DNA of 60,120 nt from Candidatus Bathyarchaeia archaeon. GTDB taxonomy: Archaea > Thermoproteota > Bathyarchaeia > Bathyarchaeales > Bathycorpusculaceae. The stretch is from contig JAVZNE010000008.1 in NCBI GenBank assembly GCA_038882975.1, forward strand, positions 1-60,120, read 5' to 3'. Of this stretch, positions 28,322-38,111 are shown one piece after another (the first letter of the stretch is position 1; every line of letters begins with the position of its first letter). The position numbers and the translations under genes were made by a program. Below the pieces are notes generated by a model. That model was not told the DNA's origin, made no database searches, and was given only the letters and a program-made list of their open reading frames with translations.

Positions 28322-29088
28322 TTCATCAGCGCCTCAACAATGGGTTTAACATCGCCAGTTCCGGTCAGCTTTAGGAAAATGTCCTCCAGTCCGGATTCCG
28401 GCATTTTCGCCTTGCGCCTAAGCTCGTCCATTGTGCCTAAAGCCAGAAGTCGCCCACCATACATTATGGCTATGCGGTCGCACATGGCTTGGGCGATCTC
28501 CAAAATATGCGTAGACATTATCGTGGTAACACCTTGAGAAGCCAACTCCCTAAGCAAATCTTTAACAATGCGGGCTGATTTCGGGTCTAAACCACTTAGG
28601 GGCTCATCTAGAAGGAGGAGTTCAGGCTTGTGCATAAGCGCCGAAATTATGACAACTTTCTGCTTCATCCCCTCTGAATAGGAGCTTATTAGGTCACCTT
28701 CCCGCCCCTCAAGGTCTAAAGCTTTCACAAACTCCTCAATACGCAACTTTCGCTCTTCCAGGCTCATGCCATAAACACTGCCAACAAAATCCAAAAACTC
28801 CAGCCCCGTCAGAAACTCGTAAACACGTGGGGCTTCTGGCACATAACCTATTTTACGCTTAACAGCTATAGGGTCGTCTTCCACGTTAATACCCAAAACG
28901 TTTATCGAACCCGTGTCAGGCTTAACCAACCCCAAAATCATCTTCAAAGTTGTCGATTTACCCGACCCATTCGGTCCAAGAAGCCCCAATATTTCGCCCC
29001 TTTTAACCTCTAAGTCTAGGTAGTCAACAGCCGTTAAGCTGCCGTAACGTTTCGAGACTCCAGACAACTTGACAGCGGGCACGTACAT
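28318..29088 (-). CDS. ABC exporter ATP-binding protein
   Basis: GPNGSGKST, YSEGMKQK, LLDEP, STH. Confidence 0.95.
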   Translation of the reverse strand: MYVPAVKLSGVSKRYGSLTAVDYLDLEVKRGEILGLLGPNGSGKSTTLKMILGLVKPDTGSINVLGINVEDDPIAVKRKIGYVPEAPRVYEFLTGLEFLDFVGSVYGMSLEERKLRIEEFVKALDLEGREGDLISSYSEGMKQKVVIISALMHKPELLLLDEPLSGLDPKSARIVKDLLRELASQGVTTIMSTHILEIAQAMCDRIAIMYGGRLLALGTMDELRRKAKMPESGLEDIFLKLTGTGDVKPIVEALMK

Positions 29089-29112
29089 CTTTTACCCTTC
29101 TCTCCGAATTTA

Positions 29113-29568
29113 TCACACCATCTCTTTTTTATCCTTTACCACATCGCAGTTTACCCAGTTTGGAACCCTTACATTTTCGACAAAATCCACGCTTGGGATG
29201 TAGGGTTTTATATCTATTACTGGTGAACCTTCAAAAGCGTCCAAACCTCTAACCGTCAAAACACAGTCTTCTCTCTTAACAAGTTCTACAACACACAAGC
29301 CTATGGGGTTTGGTCTTGATGGACTTCTACAGGCGAAAACGCCCTTTTCCACATTAACCATGTGTCTCTTCGGAAAAACAATCAGCGTCCGCCTATTAGC
29401 CTCATTATCGCGCAAGTGGAACCAGTACAAAACAATTAGGTGGGAGAATTCCTCCACATCCTTGAGTCCGCTGCAAAACTCTGGGAAAATCCTTATTTTG
29501 ACTTCTTCATCACCAGCTTTTTCAACAACTCCTATAAAGTAGACTTCACCCTTGACCACGCTTTTCAT
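29113..29568 (-). CDS. tsaA: tRNA t6A37 N6-methyltransferase TsaA/TrmO family
   Basis: FSHLIVLYWFH, GVFACRSPSRPNPIG, GSPVIDIKPY. Confidence 0.9.
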   Translation of the reverse strand: MKSVVKGEVYFIGVVEKAGDEEVKIRIFPEFCSGLKDVEEFSHLIVLYWFHLRDNEANRRTLIVFPKRHMVNVEKGVFACRSPSRPNPIGLCVVELVKREDCVLTVRGLDAFEGSPVIDIKPYIPSVDFVENVRVPNWVNCDVVKDKKEMV

Positions 29569-29712
29569 TTAGGTTCACTATCAATAATGTAAACCACAGC
29601 ACTTATAATAATCATGCTAAAATGCCAAAAACTTTTTGCAATCAGTATTTTGAATCTGTTTTCTGAATTCATAAGTGTTTTAATGTTTCATGATTAACTA
29701 TGAGTTCGCAGG

Positions 29713-29937
29713 GTGGAATGCTTGAACAGTCAAATCCTTCAAGCCTGCAAGGAATTAATTGACGATGCGAAAATGAGATGCGCAGACCTAGTTTTTAAGG
29801 AAATATGCCTAGACATTCTGTCAAGGGCGCGCAACATCCTAACAGAAAAACAATTTAAGATTTTAGCCACATACGCCGCTGAAAGGATGAGAGAGAAAGT
29901 TCCCTTTGAAATTCAACAGGAATTAGTAGCCCCATAA
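29713..29937 (+). CDS. Small hypothetical protein
   Basis: 74-aa helical ORF filling the intergenic gap. Confidence 0.55.
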   Translation: MECLNSQILQACKELIDDAKMRCADLVFKEICLDILSRARNILTEKQFKILATYAAERMREKVPFEIQQELVAP

Positions 29938-30009
29938 AAAGAGCCTCAAATATTGGCAAAAAATGGCGTTAACGCCTAAACCCTTCCAATTCCACCCTGC
30001 GAAGCCTTT

Positions 30010-30516
30010 TCAACCAAGCTTGTACCCTATTTTCCGCAGAAACTCCTTCCTAGCTTTGATATCGCTTTCTGTTTCTATCCCCCTACTTTTAAAACCGTCA
30101 ATGACGCCTATGATGCCTCTGCCCTGCTCTGTTTCTGCAACCACTACCTCCAATGGGTTAGCTGTGGCGGCATAAATTGTGCAGACTTCCGGCACTTTTC
30201 TAATCTTGTCTAAAACGTTTATTGGATAGGCATTTTTGATGAAGATTATGAAGCTGTGGCCGCAGGCAAGTTCAAAGGCTTTTTTGGCGGCAAGCTGCTT
30301 CAATTCCTCGTCGTTTCCTTCGTGTCTGACGAGGCATGGTCCGGAGCTTTCGCAGAAGCCTATCCCAAACTTTATGTTTGGAACAGCGTTAACCAGAGCC
30401 TCATACAAGTCTTCAACGGTTTTTATGAAGTGGGCTGTTCCCAAAATCACGTTGCAGTCTTTAGGCACCTCAATTTTCACGGTTTCAAACTTAAGCATGT
30501 GAGTTTCAGCCTCCAT
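30010..30516 (-). CDS. Adenosine-specific kinase family (DUF355)
   Basis: [36 protein letters not shown]. Confidence 0.88.
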   Translation of the reverse strand: MEAETHMLKFETVKIEVPKDCNVILGTAHFIKTVEDLYEALVNAVPNIKFGIGFCESSGPCLVRHEGNDEELKQLAAKKAFELACGHSFIIFIKNAYPINVLDKIRKVPEVCTIYAATANPLEVVVAETEQGRGIIGVIDGFKSRGIETESDIKARKEFLRKIGYKLG

Positions 30517-30523
30517 GTTCAGT

Positions 30524-31831
30524 TTAGGTTACGCGTTTAATCCTCAAGAATTTTATGGCGAAAAGTATGGTGCCAGCTGCCACTATGGCTGATGATAGGT
30601 AGAAGGCGTTTATGAAGGCTGCGTGCTCCCGTATTCCTAAAATCTTTGTTTGGATGTCTGCGAAGGGTCCGCCGATGAGAATTCCTGCTGGTCCCCAGCT
30701 TAGGGCGATGACCGCGTTATAACGGCTTAAAAGTCGCCCCCTCCTATGTTCCGGAGTTAAGTCTCCAGCAAGTGCAAAGCCAACCGTTTGGATGCTCCAA
30801 AAAGCCACACCATTTAATCCATAAATAAAAGCCATGCTGGGCACGTTTAAAGCCAAACCATACAAAGCCGGAGTTAAAACTGCCAGAATCAGCCCAGAGA
30901 ATATCACTTTTTCTCTTCCAATTTTGTCTGCAATTCTACCGGAAATGGCGCTTGCTATCATGCCGCCAACAGTCCAAGAACTGATTATTAAGCTCATTTC
31001 GTAGTCGCTTGCGTTCAAGCCGTCTTGAAGCTTGATAAAGAGAAAGAATATCTGGTTTACCGAGGCTGCGCCCAAAACAATGATTATTAGGGAGGCCAAA
31101 AACCACTTGTATGCCCTCTCATCTCCCACAACAACATTTTTTTCCTTCACTATTCCTTCCGTTGCCAGCTGTTCTTGAGTAGGCTTTAAGCCTTCTCTTC
31201 CTATGCTCTTTGAAACAAAAGTCATTATGGCTGCTCCAGTGAATAATAGCGCAGTAACAGTCCAGAAGATTGTCCCATTTCTGAAGCCTTCTCCACCGGC
31301 GTAAAGGAAGCCAGCGAATATTATGCCGACCATTCTTCCTAAGGAGGCGATGAAGTTTAATGAGCCGACAATTTTGCCTCGTGAGCTTGGAGTGGTGATG
31401 TCGGTTAGTAGCACAGCCCACCCTACATCGGACATGGACCAGAAAAACTCCAGAACAGCCAGCCCGAAGATTATTGTTAAGCCAGCGTCAAAACTTCTTC
31501 CAACATCTATCAAAAATCTGTGGATGAAAAACACGATTATGTAAGTGAAGCCAGCTATGCTTTCGCCAATTATTATCAATTTAGTTCTGACCTTAAAACG
31601 GTCGCATATCCTACCCCAAAGAAGGTTTTGACCCAGAGCAGAGGCAATCATGTCAAAAGTTCCAAGGGCTGCCGTCGAAGTCACTGTACGCATAAGCGTA
31701 TAAAGATAATTGACCATAAAAGTGTAGAATATTCCCCTTCTGAGAAAAGTTAGAAACTGGAAAATACCCAGATTAACAAAAATTTTTGTGAAAAGCGTCA
31801 AGCCTGAAGCTTTCTCATCCCGTTCTTTCAT
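30524..31831 (-). CDS. MFS transporter
   Basis: 12-TM pattern, WGRICDRF and [11 protein letters not shown] motif A. Confidence 0.88.
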   Translation of the reverse strand: MKERDEKASGLTLFTKIFVNLGIFQFLTFLRRGIFYTFMVNYLYTLMRTVTSTAALGTFDMIASALGQNLLWGRICDRFKVRTKLIIIGESIAGFTYIIVFFIHRFLIDVGRSFDAGLTIIFGLAVLEFFWSMSDVGWAVLLTDITTPSSRGKIVGSLNFIASLGRMVGIIFAGFLYAGGEGFRNGTIFWTVTALLFTGAAIMTFVSKSIGREGLKPTQEQLATEGIVKEKNVVVGDERAYKWFLASLIIIVLGAASVNQIFFLFIKLQDGLNASDYEMSLIISSWTVGGMIASAISGRIADKIGREKVIFSGLILAVLTPALYGLALNVPSMAFIYGLNGVAFWSIQTVGFALAGDLTPEHRRGRLLSRYNAVIALSWGPAGILIGGPFADIQTKILGIREHAAFINAFYLSSAIVAAGTILFAIKFLRIKRVT

Positions 31832-31855
31832 TGAAACCGCTTTTTAATTTGAGCT

Positions 31856-32953
31856 TTAGATGAGGAATTTGCCATTCTTATAGATTAATTGTCCGTCCAT
31901 GTAGATTTCTCCGTCCTTCTTCATATCTTTAAGTATATCCCAGTGAATCGCCGACTTGTTAAGCCCGCCAGACTCTGGATAGGAGTTTCCAAGAGCCAGA
32001 TGCACAGTGCCGCCCATCTTTTCGTCGAAGAGCATGTTTTTTGTAAACCTTGATATGGCGTAGTTTGTTCCTATGGCTATTTCCCCAATGCGCCGTGCGC
32101 CATCAATCTTCAACATTTCCTGCAGAAGCTCATTTCCCTTAGCAGCGGAAGCCTTAACAACCTCACCATCCTTAAAGGTGAGCGTTATATCCTCAACCTC
32201 CCTGCCTGAAACTATGCCTGGAAAAGTAAATCTTATTGTGCCGTTTGCAGAGTTCTCAATTGGCGCCGTGAAAACTTCGCCGTCCGGCATGTTCTCCTTT
32301 CCAGCACAGTTTATCCATCTCCTCCCCTTAACATTGAAGGTTAGGTCCGTGTCCTCCCCAACTATGCGCACATCATTTCCGCTGTTCAGGAATGTGCAAA
32401 TCCTCTCTTGTTCTTGGTGAACTCTTTTCCATTCCGCAATGGGGTCTTCTTTGTCGGCGAAACAGCTGGCATAGACAAAGTCTTCATACTCAGCAAGCGA
32501 CATGGAAGCCTCTTGGGCTTGGGCATTTATTGGGTATGGCAGAAGGGTCCACCGCAACTTTTTCTCCGCAACACGTTTATAGAAAATTTCCGACAACTCT
32601 CTTCTCGCTGCTGCATGTAATCTTATCCGCGCGGGGTCTATGTTTGTCAACCTTTTGGGGTTTGGCTCACAGTAAATGTTTATGTTCACGTCGACATTTT
32701 CAGCTATGAACTTTTCAATGGGTGAAACATAGCTAAGCTGCTTTTCATTAGCATATTTAAAGAAAGTGTACTGCAAGTCGAGTCTGGGAATAACCATTGG
32801 ATGAGCCCCAACCAACAAGCATTCCTTATAAATCTCGTTTATCAATGGAAAAGCTTCGCTGCTTCCCTGTATTAAGACGAGTTCTCCAGGCTTTATTTCA
32901 ACACTGTAATGAACACATATTTTCGCAAGCTTCTCTATTCTTGGTTCCACCAT
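31856..32953 (-). CDS. Aminopeptidase, M29 (AmpS/PepS) family
   Basis: NMPDGEVFTAP, GEIAIG, LFDEKMGGTVHLALG, SAIHWD. Confidence 0.93.
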   Translation of the reverse strand: MVEPRIEKLAKICVHYSVEIKPGELVLIQGSSEAFPLINEIYKECLLVGAHPMVIPRLDLQYTFFKYANEKQLSYVSPIEKFIAENVDVNINIYCEPNPKRLTNIDPARIRLHAAARRELSEIFYKRVAEKKLRWTLLPYPINAQAQEASMSLAEYEDFVYASCFADKEDPIAEWKRVHQEQERICTFLNSGNDVRIVGEDTDLTFNVKGRRWINCAGKENMPDGEVFTAPIENSANGTIRFTFPGIVSGREVEDITLTFKDGEVVKASAAKGNELLQEMLKIDGARRIGEIAIGTNYAISRFTKNMLFDEKMGGTVHLALGNSYPESGGLNKSAIHWDILKDMKKDGEIYMDGQLIYKNGKFLI

Positions 32954-33029
32954 TTCAAACTCACCATTTTAGAACCCAATAAAAAGCGGACTGATGTAAA
33001 AGCTTTTTGAAATACACACCGAGCGTTAG

Positions 33030-33392
33030 CTACCTCTTCTTTATCAAAAGCCAGTTTTTGTCGCCCTTAAACATTATTAGGGCATAGTCCCCTTTCATTT
33101 TCTCGCCATGCAGAGTGAACTCTATTTTATTAGCGCTTCTACTCTTCAGCGTGTAAGCTCCCTTATCCCATATTTCCACTTTTCCAGCGCCATACATCCC
33201 CTCTGGTATTGTGCCCTCAAAGTCTATGTAGCTTATCGGGTGATCCTCAACCATGACGGCTAACCTTCTTATGCCGGGCTGTGTTGGGGGCTCCTTTGGG
33301 ACAGCCCAGCTTTTCAAAACGCCATCCATCTCCAACCTAAAATCGTAGTGCAGATGCATCGCATGGTGGCGTTGAACCACAAATCTTGGCAT
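33030..33392 (-). CDS. Stand-alone LigD 3'-phosphoesterase
   Basis: FVVQRHHAMHLHYDFRLE, LKSWAVPK, RLAVMVEDH, YGAG, WDKG. Confidence 0.92.
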   Translation of the reverse strand: MPRFVVQRHHAMHLHYDFRLEMDGVLKSWAVPKEPPTQPGIRRLAVMVEDHPISYIDFEGTIPEGMYGAGKVEIWDKGAYTLKSRSANKIEFTLHGEKMKGDYALIMFKGDKNWLLIKKR

Positions 33393-33456
33393 GCTTTCAC
33401 CAAACCGTTAACTTTAACCTTCCGCAGGTAATTAACTTTAATTTTGGAGAAGGTGA

Positions 33457-33948
33457 TTGAGCGATTCCGCAATTATTCGGAGGCTTGTGGAGTTCCCATA
33501 CCTGCCAAGCCCATCATCCGTTATCCAAACAGCCCTAAATATGGTGGAAGTCAAACCCCACGAAGTTTTCGCAGACCTTGGATGCGGAGACGGCTCAGTA
33601 CTAATTGAGGCTGCCAAAAAATTCGGAGTTTACTGTGTCGGATTTGAAATTAACCCAGTAATGGTTAAGCTTGCCAACAAAAAAGCGAAAATCGCGGGAG
33701 TTAAACATCTAATCGACATTGTCTGCTCAGACCTATTCACAATAGACTTCTCAAAGCTTGATGTAATATACGTCTACCCTTTCCCACCAATAATTTCGAG
33801 GCTTTCAGAAAAAATAATGGCTGAATGCAAAAAGGGCGCAAGGGTGCTGGTCCACGACCACAGCCTACATGGACTCCCATTAACGAAAAGCATCCAAATA
33901 TTCGAAAGGGAAATACACACGCATACCGTTCAACTCTATGTCCTATAA
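33457..33948 (+). CDS. Class I SAM-dependent methyltransferase
   Basis: PYLPSP, DLGCGDG, GFEIN. Confidence 0.85.
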   Translation: MSDSAIIRRLVEFPYLPSPSSVIQTALNMVEVKPHEVFADLGCGDGSVLIEAAKKFGVYCVGFEINPVMVKLANKKAKIAGVKHLIDIVCSDLFTIDFSKLDVIYVYPFPPIISRLSEKIMAECKKGARVLVHDHSLHGLPLTKSIQIFEREIHTHTVQLYVL

Positions 33949-33955
33949 TTTAAAA

Positions 33956-33983
33956 TGGATTTTGAATATAGATTTGCGATTCA
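33956..33983. repeat. attL of element 2
   Basis: TGGATTTTGAA-TATAGA-TTTGCGATTCA. Confidence 0.75.
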
Positions 33984-34060
33984 TAAGAATGCTAACATTT
34001 TATTTAACTTTTAAAATCAGCCCCAATAGCTTTTGCGGTTAATTATGGTTAACAGAAATA

Positions 34061-34319
34061 GGACAAAATAAGTATTTTGTCCGCATTTTTGATTTTTCAA
34101 AAATTTTAAAAATGCAACCAAACCCCTAAGGGAAAGCGCTTTCACCCCTAATTACTCTAACGTTAGAGTATTCCATATCTCTTGACAGGGGGTGAACCCG
34201 GGTTCACCCTTTAGGCCGGAATCCTTCACATATACTTTGTAAAAAATTCAAAAAACTCCCTGTGGAATCCGCTGGATCTCAGACCTTGATGGGGCCTAAA
34301 AATTGTAAAAAATTCAAAA
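34061..34319. repeat. Cluster of palindromes and a 17-bp direct repeat
   Basis: GGACAAAATA-AG-TATTTTGTCC, GAAAGCGCTTTC, TACTCTAACGTTAGAGTA, GGGTGAACCCGGGTTCACCC; TTGTAAAAAATTCAAAA at 34237 and 34303. Confidence 0.85.
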
Positions 34320-34625
34320 GAAGCCTTTAGGCTTGAACCCTTCACACTCGAAAGGCTGGCTCTTTAATTTTGGGTTTTTAATGTAGGCCCCTTGCCAAAC
34401 ACAAAAATCATCTGGTTGAAGGTGGGCGCAGTCAACACACCTAGCCGTGTTAGATAACCCTTCAACACGCTTACCCAGATAACACCAATGAATGGCCCCA
34501 GCCCTTTTATGTGCAAAATAATAGTAGGGCTCATAACGTCGCTTCTGAGCATTTAGAACCCACCTAGCATAAGGCCCACTTCCTGGAGCCCCGCATTTTG
34601 GACAAACCTTTTTGGGCCTATGCAT
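34314..34625 (-). CDS. Small basic Zn-finger protein
   Basis: CPKC..GPYARWV..YYYFAH..WCYLGK, plus a second Cys cluster CVDC..FC..C. Confidence 0.7.
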   Translation of the reverse strand: MHRPKKVCPKCGAPGSGPYARWVLNAQKRRYEPYYYFAHKRAGAIHWCYLGKRVEGLSNTARCVDCAHLQPDDFCVWQGAYIKNPKLKSQPFECEGFKPKGFF

Positions 34626-34778
34626 GGTTATCTAACACCTTTTGGGGGGCTAGGCGGAGAGGGAGGGCGGAGGCCTCGAGGGGCAAAGGCCTACCCCCAA
34701 CGGTTTAACCGCCTTCGGTGGATTAAATGGGGAACCAGCATGACGTTGTGGGCTCCCAGACCGCTTAGCCTTTCCCCA

Positions 34779-34976
34779 GCCTTGACTCCAGCCTTGAAAT
34801 TTTCAAGACCAGACGCCTTGACATCAGCCTTGACATCAACCTTGATTTCACAAGACCTTCCTTGTCCGTCAGAAAGAAGCAAATTGCCTAGGTTTCCCAA
34901 CTTTTTTCCATTTATTGCGTAAAAATGAGAAGTCAATTTTCTATTAAATAATAGAAAAAATCCTAGGCAAGTTGGG
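34779..34976. repeat. 12-bp-phased repeats with AT-rich core and IRs (candidate replication origin)
   Basis: CCTTGA at 34780, 34792, 34816, 34828, 34840; TTTTCTATTA-AA-TAATAGAAAA; TTGCCTAGG/CCTAGGCAA; directly downstream of the helicase gene. Confidence 0.6.
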
Positions 34977-34980
34977 CAGT

Positions 34981-36633
34981 TCATAGGTTACCTTCCCACT
35001 CCTTTAGGCATGAACCGCACAGCCAGACTTCCCTTCCATCTCGGAATAATCGTGTTGTAGCCTTTCCCCCGCAGTTTTCACAGCTATGAAAACTTTGAAG
35101 GCCCGCTTCTTCCTCGGTTTTTAGGGCTACCCCTTCATAGGCGTAGAAGCGTTGTCCCCCTTCCATCCTTCGCCTTTTAACAATTTTGAAAAGTCTTTCC
35201 AGCTCCCTAGTGAACATATTTTTGGTTTGAGCCTCAAGGTCGCTATCTCTGCACCAACTAACATAGTCTTGATACAGCTCGTCTGAAGGCGTGTAGGCTT
35301 CTTTGCTTAAGGTTAAGCGTTTTGTCTCTAGGCCCTCTTGAATATAGGCGTATACGCTGTTAGCCATGCGGAGCCATTTCTCTTTGAAGTCCGTTGGGCC
35401 GGCTTCAACTGAGAATTTGCGGTTTTTGTAAACGTTTGCGAAGGCTAAAATCCCAATAACAATTATTTTCTCGATAACTTCCTCTGAAAAGTTCTCCTCG
35501 AAAAAATTTGGGTTATCTTCAAAACGATTTGGAAATTCTATGACTATCCATCTTCGCCAAAACGCTTCACTCATGTCGGTTACTTCAGGCAATTCGTTTG
35601 CTGAGAACAACATTTTTGCATAATTTCTAAAACGTATGGAATCCCTAAACTTACGTGGTGCTGAAAGAACATCTTGGCCCGTTAAAATCTTAAAGAAGCC
35701 CGTGTAGCCTATTGGCTTGGCCGGAAGGTCCGAAAATATGTTGGCCAATTTGTGATAGAGTTCACAGGGTGCGAAACGGTAGAGGCAAATGTCTTGTAGG
35801 CTAATGCTGACCGTATTTCCCTCTCCCAAAATCACGTTTATCAAGTTTAGAAACGTTGTTTTGCCATTGCTTCCGCTTCCCACAAGCATAAACGCTTTAT
35901 TGAAAGGATAGTCTAGATAAAGGCAGTAGCCTATCATCTCAAAAAGCAAGGGCCACTTATCGCAAACCCAATCCTTAAAAATCTGAACAATATTGGGGAT
36001 GGACTTCTCCGCAAAAGGCATAATGCCTTTTTCTATGTCAAAATTTGTTAGGGCCTCTTTAAAATAGTCCATGTTTAGGTTGTGCGGTATAAGGTGGAAG
36101 ATTGGCTCTTCCCTAGTGTGTTCGATTGGTGTTAGATAACCCGGCTCTTCAGCCGGCTCCTCTGGACCGTTCAGAAACACCTTCCAATCGAAAGCGTAGT
36201 TCTTGAAGGCGATTTTTAGGGGCTCCTCTCTCAGTTCAAAATAGGTTTTGCGCTTAACCTTTTCAAGAGCTTCGTTTACAGCATGGGTTCTAACCCGGTC
36301 CTCAAGGCCCAGCTCCTCTCCAGCCCTTTCCAGAAAAGCCTTCAAAAACTCTTCACACTCAGCATATCGGCCGTTTTCCCACTTGAAAAGCCCTAAGCTA
36401 CTGTCTCCTTTCACGAAATGCTTAACCGTGAAGTTTTCCAGCACAATTCTGGAGAACAAGCTAATTAAGTCCGTCCTTTCCAAATCAAGTGCAAAACAAT
36501 TGGGATTTAGCGGTTCAGAGTTCCCATTTTGGTAATAGGCCTTCTCCCTAACGCTTTCCATTGTTTCAGACGGACATTCTAAAGTGTGAAATTTGGAGCA
36601 TAAACCGCAACGCTTGACTTTTAAGCCTAACAC
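34981..36633 (-). CDS. SF3 helicase, phage/plasmid P4/D5-like C-terminal domain
   Basis: EMIGYCL, Walker A GSGSNGKT, ANIFSD, LFSANELP, AFWRRWIVIEF; winged-helix tail (LYQDYVSWC) and terminal CENC..CGSC. Confidence 0.92.
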   Translation of the reverse strand: MLGLKVKRCGLCSKFHTLECPSETMESVREKAYYQNGNSEPLNPNCFALDLERTDLISLFSRIVLENFTVKHFVKGDSSLGLFKWENGRYAECEEFLKAFLERAGEELGLEDRVRTHAVNEALEKVKRKTYFELREEPLKIAFKNYAFDWKVFLNGPEEPAEEPGYLTPIEHTREEPIFHLIPHNLNMDYFKEALTNFDIEKGIMPFAEKSIPNIVQIFKDWVCDKWPLLFEMIGYCLYLDYPFNKAFMLVGSGSNGKTTFLNLINVILGEGNTVSISLQDICLYRFAPCELYHKLANIFSDLPAKPIGYTGFFKILTGQDVLSAPRKFRDSIRFRNYAKMLFSANELPEVTDMSEAFWRRWIVIEFPNRFEDNPNFFEENFSEEVIEKIIVIGILAFANVYKNRKFSVEAGPTDFKEKWLRMANSVYAYIQEGLETKRLTLSKEAYTPSDELYQDYVSWCRDSDLEAQTKNMFTRELERLFKIVKRRRMEGGQRFYAYEGVALKTEEEAGLQSFHSCENCGGKATTRLFRDGREVWLCGSCLKEWEGNL

Positions 36634-36634
36634 G

Positions 36635-36976
36635 TTAAACTTCCCATCTTCCTGGAGTGGACCCTAAAGGCTCAGCCTTTTCCTTCTCAAATTTTTCGAG
36701 AAGCGCCTTGCACCAAACGTTTAGATTTTCGTAAGCGTTGTTGCTTTTCTGGTATTCCTTTGGAATGTCAAGGGTTGACAAATCCGCATGGTTTTCAAAA
36801 ACTAAAACGTGGCCCCCATCCTTGCTCAAGCCGTAGATTCTAAACCTTAATCGGTAGTAAATGCCATGCCTATCCAACGGTTTTCGATAGGCATCATGGT
36901 GCAGGGGCTTGGACATATCAACCCTAGCCTTAAAATCCTCAAAATCGTAAACGACTTCTCTCAATCTCAAACACAC
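36635..36976 (-). CDS. Hypothetical element protein, homolog of 2165-2449
   Basis: SKPLHH, LDRHGIYYRLRF, GLSKD, PLGSTPGRW. Confidence 0.75.
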   Translation of the reverse strand: MCLRLREVVYDFEDFKARVDMSKPLHHDAYRKPLDRHGIYYRLRFRIYGLSKDGGHVLVFENHADLSTLDIPKEYQKSNNAYENLNVWCKALLEKFEKEKAEPLGSTPGRWEV

Positions 36977-37005
36977 CCCCTCTTCCGTATTGAAGTTGTC
37001 TGATT

Positions 37006-37055
37006 TTACTTATTAACAAGAGAAAAGATTTAAATCTTTTCTTATTAATAAGTAA
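37006..37055. promoter_or_regulatory. Symmetric bidirectional promoter/operator
   Basis: Perfect 22-bp palindrome AGAAAAGATTTAAATCTTTTCT (37021-37042) flanked by CTTATTAACAAG and CTTATTAATAAG, between divergent genes. Confidence 0.7.
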
Positions 37056-37067
37056 TCGAGGATAACC

Positions 37068-37382
37068 ATGCCTACATATAAATGCCTAGTGTGTGGCCAT
37101 GAACTTGACCGTGAAAACCCAGCAGAAGGACTAATTCAATGCACCAATTATAAATGCAGAAGCTATTTTGTGCTTCCAAAGGAAAAATACGAATCCATAA
37201 TTGAAGGCCTCAAAACAGTAATAAATGATGACACACCCTTTTTGGACATTCTAGATGGAGTTATAGAGGTTTTACGTGCAAATGGGATAAGAGGCCAACC
37301 TCTTAGAACTCTAGCAATGGCTTCATTCTTGGTTAAAGAAGCAGAGAGACGTAAAAAAATGGCTAAGAGAGGTGAACTCTAA
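37068..37382 (+). CDS. Zn-ribbon hypothetical protein
   Basis: YKCLVCG...CTNYKC; GAGG RBS. Confidence 0.65.
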   Translation: MPTYKCLVCGHELDRENPAEGLIQCTNYKCRSYFVLPKEKYESIIEGLKTVINDDTPFLDILDGVIEVLRANGIRGQPLRTLAMASFLVKEAERRKKMAKRGEL

Positions 37383-37579
37383 TGGATGAGTGGGAAGTTT
37401 TGGATATGTTAAGCCTTTCAAAGTCCATGCAAGCCCAAAAATTTAAGCTCCTAGACTTGTTGTTTGTTCAGAGGGCTGAGGCCTTAACGGTTAAGGGCCC
37501 ATTGGGCCTATGGCCCTTCCCAGCCTTAAACACGTTTTTATACAACGTTAGGCTCCTAACAAAAATAGTTAAGAGGTGA
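37382..37579 (+). CDS. Hypothetical protein
   Basis: TAATG coupling to the upstream gene, GAGGTGA RBS. Confidence 0.55.
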   Translation: MDEWEVLDMLSLSKSMQAQKFKLLDLLFVQRAEALTVKGPLGLWPFPALNTFLYNVRLLTKIVKR

Positions 37580-37585
37580 AAAAGC

Positions 37586-38020
37586 ATGACTCAAAGGTGG
37601 AACTTCAGTCAAATAGAACGTGAAGAGTTACGCAAACGTCTAGGCGTGCTTTTAGTTGGGCCAACCTTTGACTCTACAAAGTCCATTTTAGAGCAGGTGC
37701 GTAAGCAGTTAGGCGGTCCCCTTATCATTGGCCAGAGGCTTCAAGCATTAGGCTTTTTGGCCGGCTCAAATCCGGCTCCACAAGAAAAGCTCCGAGAAGA
37801 GCCTGAATGGGCAAAAATGCCTGAGGATTTCGCCGGCGGGCTGGAAGAGTGGCTAAAATTGCCGGATTCTGAAAAAAAGCGAATTTATGAAGAGCTTTCA
37901 CGAGGAAGGCGAATTTACGTTTCTGTTTGGCAAGAACCCAGCAAAAGGGCCATGCTTGACAGCGACATTCTATTGGGCCATAAATTAAGGCAAATTTTAA
38001 GTGGAAGCTCAAGAGCCTAA
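37586..38020 (+). CDS. Hypothetical protein
   Basis: 144-aa ORF, GAGGTGA RBS, same operon. Confidence 0.6.
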   Translation: MTQRWNFSQIEREELRKRLGVLLVGPTFDSTKSILEQVRKQLGGPLIIGQRLQALGFLAGSNPAPQEKLREEPEWAKMPEDFAGGLEEWLKLPDSEKKRIYEELSRGRRIYVSVWQEPSKRAMLDSDILLGHKLRQILSGSSRA

Positions 38021-38111
38021 ACTTAAAAAGCTTAAAGGTTGTTTTTGACACAGTATTAGCTAGCCCCTTGAAGGCTCCAGACGGGAGAGGGAGAAGCCTT
38101 CAGAGGGGCCT

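Noticed and set aside
33978-33987. GATTCATAAG repeated at 33978 and 40481 as an alternative att core
   Set aside because: Using it does not regenerate a symmetric site, whereas AATATAGATT gives a perfect 11-6-11 IR. It could still be an accessory site.
34620-34984. ORFs 34620-34922 and 34691-34984 as genes
   Set aside because: They overlap the repeat-rich candidate origin on opposite strands and have no motifs; left uncalled, although 34691-34984 is start/stop-coupled to the helicase gene.
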